A DNA stretch of 64,000 nt. It comes from a virus. Lineage: Duplodnaviria > Heunggongvirae > Uroviricota > Caudoviricetes. Of the stretch, positions 38,804 to 48,400 are shown in pieces. The notes under the pieces were generated by a model that made no database searches, was not told the origin of the DNA, and was given only the letters and a program-made list of their open reading frames with translations. Position 1 is the first letter of the stretch; every line of letters begins with the position of its first letter. A program made the position numbers and the translations under genes. The stretch lies in IMG/VR virus record IMGVR_UViG_3300006217_000002; one strand, written 5' to 3'.

Positions 38804-40243
38804 GTGAATACTATGACTTTAGACGTTTATAATACACATATGGAACTTTATCCATATGCAAAAGATGATTATCCTGCGATAGAAGATATGTATACAGCTA
38901 GTGATAAATTTACTGGAGCTGAATATGCTTGCGGATATATAATAGAAGATGGTAAACTATTTCTACCTAGGGGAACTTCTGTAAGTAAGATAGAAAATAT
39001 GACTGGATGTAATGTAAATTATATTAAAGAAGATGATCCATGCGATAAAATGGTAAGACAATTTTATCCAATGATGGATCCAAGAGATCATATACAGGAA
39101 GAAAGTATAGAATTTCTAAAGAGTGATGAACACCAATTAGGTTTAAATCTATATATGGGTCTTGGTAAAAGTTATTGTGTAGCTAATGCTGCAACGTCAT
39201 TAAGAGAAAAAGTAGTTGTAATAACTCCAAATGAATCTATAAAGATTCAATGGATAAATACATTCGTTAAGATGTTTGATTATAGAATAAAAAATATAAT
39301 GAATATAGCTGGATCAAACATTATCGATGGAATAATGTATGATGAGATAAAAATAGATGATGTATGTGTATTTTTAGTTAATCATCAAACTCTTCATTCA
39401 TATATGTCTCAAACTAACGGATATCAATTTCATAAATTCTTTAAGAAACTTGAAGTTGGAATTAAAGTATATGATGAATCACATCTTAATTTTGCTAATA
39501 TTCTACTTATTGATTTTTTCACTAATACAAAAAGAACATGGTATCTTACTGCTACATTTGATAGATCAGATAAAACTGAATCTGTATGTTTTAAACGAGC
39601 GTTTCAATCTGTACTAACATATGGAGAACGTCAATCCTACGAAGTAATAGAAAAACACGTAGTATATCATGTAATAAATATAAATAGTAGAATAGATCAA
39701 AAGAATAGAGCAAGGTTATTAGCTTATCCAGGATTTACAGCATCTAAATATGGAAAGTATGCATTTTTTGATGATCCTAGTGATACTATGTATAAAACCA
39801 TTCTTCATATACTTTCACTAACAAAAAATACAGAAGGGAAAATATTGATATTCGTTCCATTGATAGATGCAGTAGACAAAGTTGTATCTAAACTTAAGAA
39901 GGATTTTCCTGAGAAATCTGTAGCAGCCTATCATTCAAAGATATCGAAAGAAGAAAAAGATGCTGCTGAAAAGAAAGATATAATTGTATCTACTATCAAG
40001 AGTGCTGGAACTGGTAAAGATATTTCAGGATTACGTATTGTAATTAATACGGAAGCACTTGCATCAAAAGTTGTTGCAGAACAGGTTATAGGAAGATTAA
40101 GACCATATGGAAAAGATAAAGATACATATTTCTTTGATTGCGTAGATGTATGTATCCCTAATTGTAACTATTTCTTCAGAGCTAGATTTAGAAAAATAGA
40201 AACTCTGGTGAAGAAAGTTTTATATCTGGATATTAATAAATAA
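38804..40243 (+). CDS. SF2 DExH helicase (UvsW-like)
   Basis: GLGKS, YDESH, LTAT, QVIGRLR. Confidence 0.85.
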   Translation: MNTMTLDVYNTHMELYPYAKDDYPAIEDMYTASDKFTGAEYACGYIIEDGKLFLPRGTSVSKIENMTGCNVNYIKEDDPCDKMVRQFYPMMDPRDHIQEESIEFLKSDEHQLGLNLYMGLGKSYCVANAATSLREKVVVITPNESIKIQWINTFVKMFDYRIKNIMNIAGSNIIDGIMYDEIKIDDVCVFLVNHQTLHSYMSQTNGYQFHKFFKKLEVGIKVYDESHLNFANILLIDFFTNTKRTWYLTATFDRSDKTESVCFKRAFQSVLTYGERQSYEVIEKHVVYHVININSRIDQKNRARLLAYPGFTASKYGKYAFFDDPSDTMYKTILHILSLTKNTEGKILIFVPLIDAVDKVVSKLKKDFPEKSVAAYHSKISKEEKDAAEKKDIIVSTIKSAGTGKDISGLRIVINTEALASKVVAEQVIGRLRPYGKDKDTYFFDCVDVCIPNCNYFFRARFRKIETLVKKVLYLDINK

Positions 40244-40247
40244 AAAA

Positions 40248-40278
40248 ATAATTGGGTAGGTCACACCTACCCAATTAT
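40248..40278. terminator. Bidirectional terminator hairpin
   Basis: ATAATTGGGTAGGT-CAC-ACCTACCCAATTAT. Confidence 0.8.
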
Positions 40279-40296
40279 CATTATTCTTTTTACTTG

Positions 40297-40995
40297 TCAA
40301 TATCCTGCTAAATATTCCACTGCTTTCTGACATATATTTCTGTATCCAGTAAAATCAATTATCCGTGGATCTTCCACATCTCCAAGTACATAACATACTA
40401 TACTGAAGATGTCACGGTTATAAGTAGTAGCAAATGAAACACAATTGGAATTCATTTTAATTAATTTATCTCCATATTTAAGAACTTTCCTTGCTGCTTC
40501 AGTCCGCCGCTGAATCATATCTCTAACCATGTTTCGAACCATAGAATCATTTCTCATTATTGGGTTAAAATGGATCTTGCAGAACTCAGATTCAATAAAA
40601 TTATCTGTTATATTTCTTCGTTCAATATTCTTCAGATATGCAACAACAGCTGCATCTGCTACATCATCTCCTATGTCGATCCCCAAACATCTAAGAAAGA
40701 AACATCTATGGACAATCTCAATTGCTTTGAGATGTACGAATGTTTTCCTTTCCCTATCATTAACTCCTAAAGAGACATAAAGGTCTGCATTAGCATTCCT
40801 ATGCTTCATACACCATTTAGTTTGTGGAGCCTCCTTCCAGTTATAGACTTCGATTGGATACATAGGATCAAACTCATCTGGAACTTCTACTGCTATTTTC
40901 CCAAATGTAGTTGTTACAAAGAATTGTAATGAACCTGCCATTACTGAATTCTCAATATAACTAATAGTTTCTTCTAATCCCATCATCTTGTGCAC
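40297..40995 (-). CDS. Hypothetical protein
   Basis: 232-aa ORF. Confidence 0.75.
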   Translation of the reverse strand: MHKMMGLEETISYIENSVMAGSLQFFVTTTFGKIAVEVPDEFDPMYPIEVYNWKEAPQTKWCMKHRNANADLYVSLGVNDRERKTFVHLKAIEIVHRCFFLRCLGIDIGDDVADAAVVAYLKNIERRNITDNFIESEFCKIHFNPIMRNDSMVRNMVRDMIQRRTEAARKVLKYGDKLIKMNSNCVSFATTYNRDIFSIVCYVLGDVEDPRIIDFTGYRNICQKAVEYLAGY

Positions 40996-41007
40996 CTTTA
41001 CCTTTCT

Positions 41008-41538
41008 TCATTGAGTATTTTTTATCATATAATTTTCGAATTCTTCTGACATATTTGTCATATATTTCATAAGAGATAAGAATTCTTTAAAGTCTTCAGT
41101 TAATTCCATATCACCTCCAACGTGTAAATTTTGTTGGTTTATTATATTTATAATTGGCAGTATTTGCTTAGTTATATGCATACACATTACAATGACATTC
41201 ATCCAAGATAACATCAATGTTGTATTATCAAAACTATCGATCACTGATAAACGATCTATATATTTAGATTTAACGCTATTAATCTTATCATGCAGCATAT
41301 CCATATGTTGAACTACTACCAAAAATACATGACTGATCCGTTCTAAGTCTTCATTCTCTTCACTTTCTCTTTTGAAGTTTTCGGCAAATATTCCATATTT
41401 CTCATTGATCATTTCACAAACCATTGTAAGATGTACAAATTTCTTTTTGATAGGTTCCAGCTGATCAATTGCATCACCGAATTTTTCTTTTAAAGCTTTC
41501 CTGTATTTATTGTCGTTATAAGTAATTTTATTATCCAT
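41008..41538 (-). CDS. Hypothetical helical protein
   Basis: 176 aa; AAGGAGG RBS. Confidence 0.75.
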   Translation of the reverse strand: MDNKITYNDNKYRKALKEKFGDAIDQLEPIKKKFVHLTMVCEMINEKYGIFAENFKRESEENEDLERISHVFLVVVQHMDMLHDKINSVKSKYIDRLSVIDSFDNTTLMLSWMNVIVMCMHITKQILPIINIINQQNLHVGGDMELTEDFKEFLSLMKYMTNMSEEFENYMIKNTQ

Positions 41539-41566
41539 AAAATTATTCCTCCTTTTCTTTATATTA

Positions 41567-41609
41567 ATAATATATAGATATGAAAGTCTTTAATACGATT
41601 ATATATTAT
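41567..41609. promoter_or_regulatory. Divergent pair of exact TATATATTAT motifs
   Basis: Minus copy at 41567-41576, plus copy at 41600-41609. Confidence 0.65.
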
Positions 41610-41669
41610 TAATGTATGGATGAGTAAAAAATATACTCATTACATTTAAAATCCTAGGAGGTACATATC

Positions 41670-42350
41670 ATGAACAAAGAGAATGAAAAGATTACAGAGC
41701 AGGAAAGAAACACATCTGTAGACATCACCGCAACAGTGGACAACCTTAAGAAGATCCTTCCCGACATCATCGTTTATACTCATCCTACTGCAGCTGCATG
41801 TAAGAATGATGAGAAATCATTTGAGCCGGACAACAATAAGGAGCAGGAATTCCATAAAGCATGTGAAAACAAATGCTGCGACAAATCTGATGCTGAAAGT
41901 AATAAGAATGAGAGTTGCAAGTGTGCTGAAGCTGAAAACGAATACAAGAATGACAACACCGCCACCAACAAAGACAACGAGGATACAAAAGATCGTCATT
42001 TCGGACCTTGCGTTATGGTAGGAGAGCTTACTCCACATGATGCGCTTCTTCTGAATATCATCGAAGGTCTCAGATGTATTAATGATAATATCTGTCTCAT
42101 GTTGGAAAATGGTGAAGATCAGGAAGATAAGTCTGAAGCTCCTCAGCAGCACGGAGTTCTTGAAGCAGAGCCGATTAAACTTTGCAAACAGAAGTGTGTT
42201 TCAAAGAAGAAGCTCAAGAAGATGCTTAAGAAACAGAAGAAGGAAATCACTGATCATATCGATACAAAGATCGATTCCCTCGTACGGCAGCTTTTCAGAG
42301 GAGAAGATATTCTTAAGGTAGACTCATCTCTTCTGAAAGAAAAGAAATAA
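41670..42350 (+). CDS. Hypothetical protein, low-complexity charged middle
   Basis: 226 aa; AGGAGG RBS; high-expression codons. Confidence 0.75.
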   Translation: MNKENEKITEQERNTSVDITATVDNLKKILPDIIVYTHPTAAACKNDEKSFEPDNNKEQEFHKACENKCCDKSDAESNKNESCKCAEAENEYKNDNTATNKDNEDTKDRHFGPCVMVGELTPHDALLLNIIEGLRCINDNICLMLENGEDQEDKSEAPQQHGVLEAEPIKLCKQKCVSKKKLKKMLKKQKKEITDHIDTKIDSLVRQLFRGEDILKVDSSLLKEKK

Positions 42351-42371
42351 CTGGATCAAACAATAAACAGG

Positions 42372-42403
42372 ATAATGAGGGAGCAATCACGCTCCCTCAT
42401 TAT
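42372..42403. terminator. Bidirectional terminator, core identical to 9301-9322
   Basis: ATAATGAGGGAGC-AATCAC-GCTCCCTCATTAT. Confidence 0.8.
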
Positions 42404-42411
42404 TTTTTTGC

Positions 42412-45400
42412 TTAATCAAGATCATATACTACAGGATTACGAACAATTCTACTTAGTCTATTATCTGAATCAATCTTAAGCAGATTTACATCAGTTACGT
42501 TATAAGCTGCTTCATCGAGATTATGAACTCTTATACCAAATTCATCGTAAAGTCTAGTTGCCATACCATACCATACATCATCGCTAATAATAGTATGCGT
42601 TGGAACCTTACCTTTACTTATTTCATCTGACCACTCTTCATTCAAAAGATTAACAATATCACTGTTAGTCAATGGAGTAAATCCAAAGTGTTCAAAAGTC
42701 ATATTCCTATCAGCAATAGGTTTACCTTCCAATGTAGGAGTGTCGATAATGATATACTGATATACTGGCATTTCAAGTTCTTCTAAAGGATAATCTTCCT
42801 CTTCAACTCTTTGAAGTATATCCTCTTCAACGTCAACGTTAGGAGGATAATTCTTATATTCAGGATGATCTCTTTCAACTTGTTTCCAGACAGGAGTTAG
42901 TAGATATTCTTGTTCCTCTTCGGTATAGTTATCACCTTTTAGAGTTCCTTCAAGAGCGTCATCAAGATATGTATTGAAATCCCAATTAGCTCTATTCTTG
43001 TTACCGCTCTGCTCAACTCCTAAGAAGTTATCACTGAAGTATTCATTTGGATCTCTGTTTATTTCAACTATTTCAAAATTCCTCAGTGATTTTAAACCAT
43101 GTAAAAATAATTTCGTTGGTGTTATAATTGTTACTTCATCATCAAGCAGTCTTCCATTTAGCCAAAACTCAAAATATTTCTTGCTCAAAGGTTTATTAAG
43201 TTTACCCTTTAAATCAATGAATCCAGAACTTGAAATTCTCCTTTGAACATAAACTGATTTCATTGGATATGGAACCGCATGAACTTCAAAATGCTCATAT
43301 TTTTTGTAGAGGTTTAAGAAAGTTACATCTGTACCTGTTTCATTTTCTACTACATTCAAAGTAGGTTTATTTGTCGATGGATTGATAATTGGAAAACGTC
43401 CTCTGTCTGTAACTGCATACAATCTATCGGCTTGAATGTTTACATCTTTAAGTGTGAAAGTAGGAGACATGATCCATCTCGGTTCAACAAACGTCCACTG
43501 CTTAGGAGACTTAGATATGATAACATCATAAGTTCCTCTCGTCGTTAGATTATATTTACAAATAATTTTGAATTCCTTAGGAAGTGGAGCAAACCTGTTA
43601 GTTACATTATGAATATATCCATCTCCAAATACTTCAACACACTCAGTATGAAATTCCATCATTACTTTACCTACTTGACGAGCTGATTGAGATTCATTTT
43701 GATAAACTAAAAATTCTAATGAAATATCTTCTTTAGGAGGATTAGGACAATGCAGAGGAATGAAAGAACTTAATGATCCTCCATTTATAGGATTAGTTGT
43801 AACTTGAGCAAATACATGAATTCCATACTCAGCATTCCAGCACCATACATTTCCGTCAACAAATCCATCACCTGCATTAGATATTAAACTCTTGATGATT
43901 TTTGTTTGTGTCTCAAAACCTCTCTGAACATATTCGTCGCTTTTAAATCTAACTTCAAATAATCTTGTATCTAAAAGATTTTCAAATCGTCCAGCATTTC
44001 TATTGTAAATCTTAACATCTTCCAAATGAATTTCATTCTTGAAGTGCATATAATTAGCAATCTTGAAATTCATTTCATAACCAAGAGATGTACCGTCATC
44101 GTCGTGACCTATTACAAATGTTTCTCTCTGTTCATACGGGAATAATTTTCTTATACGAAGATGTCTACCAGTGTTAATTGATATATTTAGAGGTTTAGTG
44201 TTAATTTCTTTATACAATGAAGATTCAATGTCAAGTACTGCGTTTTTCTTTAATGCAGCATTTCTAACTTGTGTTTCAGGAACTTTATTAAGATATAAAA
44301 TCATATCATATGTGAAAGCTCCTTCTTCCATCAATGTCAGTTTGAATCCCCAATGTTTATTTTCCTCATCTTCGTAAATATCAAGTTTCCATCTATCGTA
44401 ATCATACAGGTCTTCCCATTTTTTAGTTGTAAAATTAAATACAGAAAGATCTTTTAATTTCAGATCATGAATGTATGTTGTATGATTCATCTTTGGTTCA
44501 ACATCATGAAGAACTCTTTTATCATTTATGGATCGTTGAATTGCTATAAATGTTTTAGATGTTCTCCAAGGAGCTTCTGGATATTGTGCATGATTTGTAG
44601 GTATATCAGGATAGAAATCACAGTTCATCCAATCTACATCAAATGAAGCCCATTTCATATCAGCTATTTCAGGAGTATCAAATACAAAATATCCTGCTGC
44701 TACAAATGATCTTAATCTATACATCATTCTGTGACCATTGTTTGTTTCATCACATTCAACTACTACCGTTTTACCGATTTTAGCTTCTAGCCAATCGTTA
44801 ATGTGTTTAGGTATATCATTATATGTTGCAACAGTTAGATCTGGTTTCTCCATAGCTGTATTTCTTAGTGTAAAATCAAATATTGCAGTTACATCATTAC
44901 TGATAATTTCATTATCATAAAATAGTCCTGTAGGTGCTGCTGTAGGTAATAAGAGACCATTCATGATATCAGAAACATTACCAGCTTCAATTGGTTCAAT
45001 TATTGCTTCAGATGTCTCCATAATACCAGATGGTACAGCTTCTTTATTACCTGATACTATTCCTGATACATTTTCATCAGGTATACGTTCCAAAGTTTTT
45101 CCTTCAATAATTAGAGGAGGATTTTCACGAAGCTTAATGTCATCATCTATGAACTTAATGATCTCTTCTATAGAAGAAGCTGATATAGGAGATATTTCTC
45201 TTGATGTAACATCATCACTAGAATCGTGTAATCTCAGTTGTGATATTCTCTGATATTCCCCAGTTACAGGAAGCTTGGTAGGCAATCTTCTATCATCTGG
45301 TATAAACGGATGAGTAGGAGGAATCAAATTCATAACACCGTTCCATCTGTGTTTATCTTTCATAGGAACTTGAGAATTATCAACTCTACTTCCTAAATAC

Positions 45401-48400
45401 CAATGACTATCAGGATCACCAGTTTCTGCACCACCTTCGGGCATTTCAACATCTGTGTACATGAAAGTTTTGTTTCTGTCTCCATCTTCAAGATCATCAA
45501 ACCTCCTAGATGTAAAGTTATAAATTTCTCCATCATAAGATAGAGTTGAAGGTTTCTCAATACCATCAGGTGGAATTTGATCATAATAACCAACGTTGTA
45601 CTCGTCGTCAATATTATTCAATGAGTCAGTTGCTACTCTTGCATATGAAGACGAAGGATTAGTGCTTTTAAATAATGCATTAGAAGAACTTAAATCAATC
45701 TTGGCAATACCTTTAAATGGAGTATCGTCAAGCTTATCAATTCTAACTTTCACTGCAGCATTACCAGTATCAACATAAATACTTTGACCTACTGCATATC
45801 CAGCACCAGGTTCTACAACGTCAGCCTTGTCAAGTTTATAGATAAAATAGTGCTCTCCATCTTTAAATATAGATGAATTCTTTAGTTCCATAACGTCATT
45901 TGCTTTAAGATAAATTATATCTATATTACTAGGATGGAGCGGATCATCACTTGTTACATGGCGGATAACAAAATCTCTTATCTGTTTTCCATCATAGAAT
46001 ACTTCATATCCAAGATCTAAATCATGTATATTTTCAAACTTGAACATGAATAAATCATTCTCGTTAAATTGAGGAGGTAGTATTTTATCAGAAGTTTCAT
46101 CAAAGAACATAGATGAGTTTTTCATGCTAATTTCTTCAGTTGCAATATTGAGAATACACCCTGTTCCTTCCCCAACACGAGTACTCATTTCCCTTGTACC
46201 ATGAATAGAATAAGGTAAAGCATAATTCATTAATGGATTTACTTTCAATACTCCACCGTCTTCACTTACTTGTGTTACTTGATATAGGATAATATCATTG
46301 AATATAATATCTTCATCATCCTTTATAGGATTACCGAATTGATCATGTGGTAATTCAGGGATTATTTCAAATATATCTCCAACTTTATATCCTTTACCAT
46401 TTTCTGCTATCGTTGTATTTCTAATTCTGAACCAAGTATCTTTATACATCTCTGCAGGAAATTGAATCATTTTATCTTCTATATCTTTTACAGATAAACA
46501 TATTGATTCACCTTCATCAGGAAGAGTTTTTATGATATTAATAGTATCATCTATAATAGAAATAATACTTTCATACTTACTGATCAACTCTTCAGACTTA
46601 CTTCTTCGAAGAATATTTTTATAAAAACTCTTAATCTTCGATTTAGCATTTTTAAGAAGATCAACTAGTTCTTCTGCATTTGTCCAATTGCTTCCGTTTG
46701 AATAAAACGTACAAAGATTATTATAACTTATTCTTACTTGATCATCATAATAGAAATAATTTCCAGTTAGCAGATTATTCTCCCTGAAGAATTTGTATGA
46801 TTCTATAGTAAGATTTTCAATAGAGTTCAATAATGTTCCTATATCAATATCCATTCTAGTTTCAATAAATCCTTCAAGATCATCGATGATGAAATTTAAT
46901 GATTCGATTACATCTGATACGTCATCTTTTATATCTGACATATATTCAGAATAGAACGATAATAAATCATTCCATTCATTATTTATTTCTCTAATGTCAT
47001 CAATGATAAGTTGCATCTCTCTATTGTTATAAGGATTAATCATAGAGAGATTTCTTTTAATTCTATAAATACTTCCATTGATTCTAATTATGAATCTCGA
47101 TATTATTTCATCATTGATAACTTTAGTATGAGTTGATTTTGTTGCGTGGAATGTTATTCCCAATCCGGTTCCATTTGTTACACTGTCATACACACTCTTC
47201 TGAATACAAGGGTCTCTAAAGGTTGTATTTCTATAACCAAGTTCGGATATAGCTGTTACTTTTCCAATATTTTCATCAACCTCTGTAATTCTGTAAGATC
47301 CTAAACCAGGAACAAATATTACTTCTCCAAGCTTATTCATAAATCCACCACTAACCATTTCAATTTCATCAATCTGATATATATCAGAATATGTCGGTAA
47401 TGACGGATCTGGTGTAAATGGCTCATTGACAGTATTCATATATTCAATAACAGCATCAAGAAGTTCACTATATTTATCCATAAGATTTAAAAAATCATTT
47501 GGAAGTTTAGTTACTTCAATAATTCTGTCGAATACTGTTTTTTCCATATATAGATAACTTAGCCAATCATTACATCCTCTATTTGCACCACTTAATGACT
47601 CCATCGCAGAATCTTTGTTATTAGTTCCTGCAATATACGATAATGCTTCGAGTATTCCAGCTAAACTAGATTCTATAGCATCAGCATAAGTAATCTCTGT
47701 ATCGCTGATATTATATTCTTTCATCTCAGCTAAGATATTTCTTATTTTATCAAAATCATTAAGCATATCATTACGAGCAGCCATATAGTTATCTACACTG
47801 GCATAGAGTTGTTCTATGAGGTACTCTGTATGATCAAGTCTATCGATAAGAGTTTGATCTTCTTTACCTCCAGCTTGCCAGTATTTATTTATTACTTCAC
47901 GAAGATCTAATACGTCTTTTTTTACAGTATTTACTTGCTCTACAAACTCAGCTACTTCTTTCTCATTATATGATTTACTAGGAATAAAATTACCATATAG
48001 AACTACTGTTGATGTGAATAATCTATTCCTAATCTCTTTGACTTCGTCTGGCCATGAGTTACTTCCAAACGAGTTAATATATCCTAATAAACTCATGTCA
48101 TCTGGGTTTTTCTTATCGTAATCATTATATGACCTAAGATCGTTTGTGGCTCTCATAAATCCAGGCATATCGAATGATTGAATCATCTCCGAGATTTTGT
48201 TAATATGCCTTTCAAGTAAAGTATTGACGATATAACTAAGTTCCTCATGAAGTTTCATTTTTTCCGGGTAACACATTTTCATCATAGCGTCATTGTAGAC
48301 CATAGACATCAATCTCTTAATCCGTTCCATTAAATCATTATGATTAAGAAGAGCTTTAATGATTTCATTAATATCTTCAATAGAATAGATTTCAAGATCA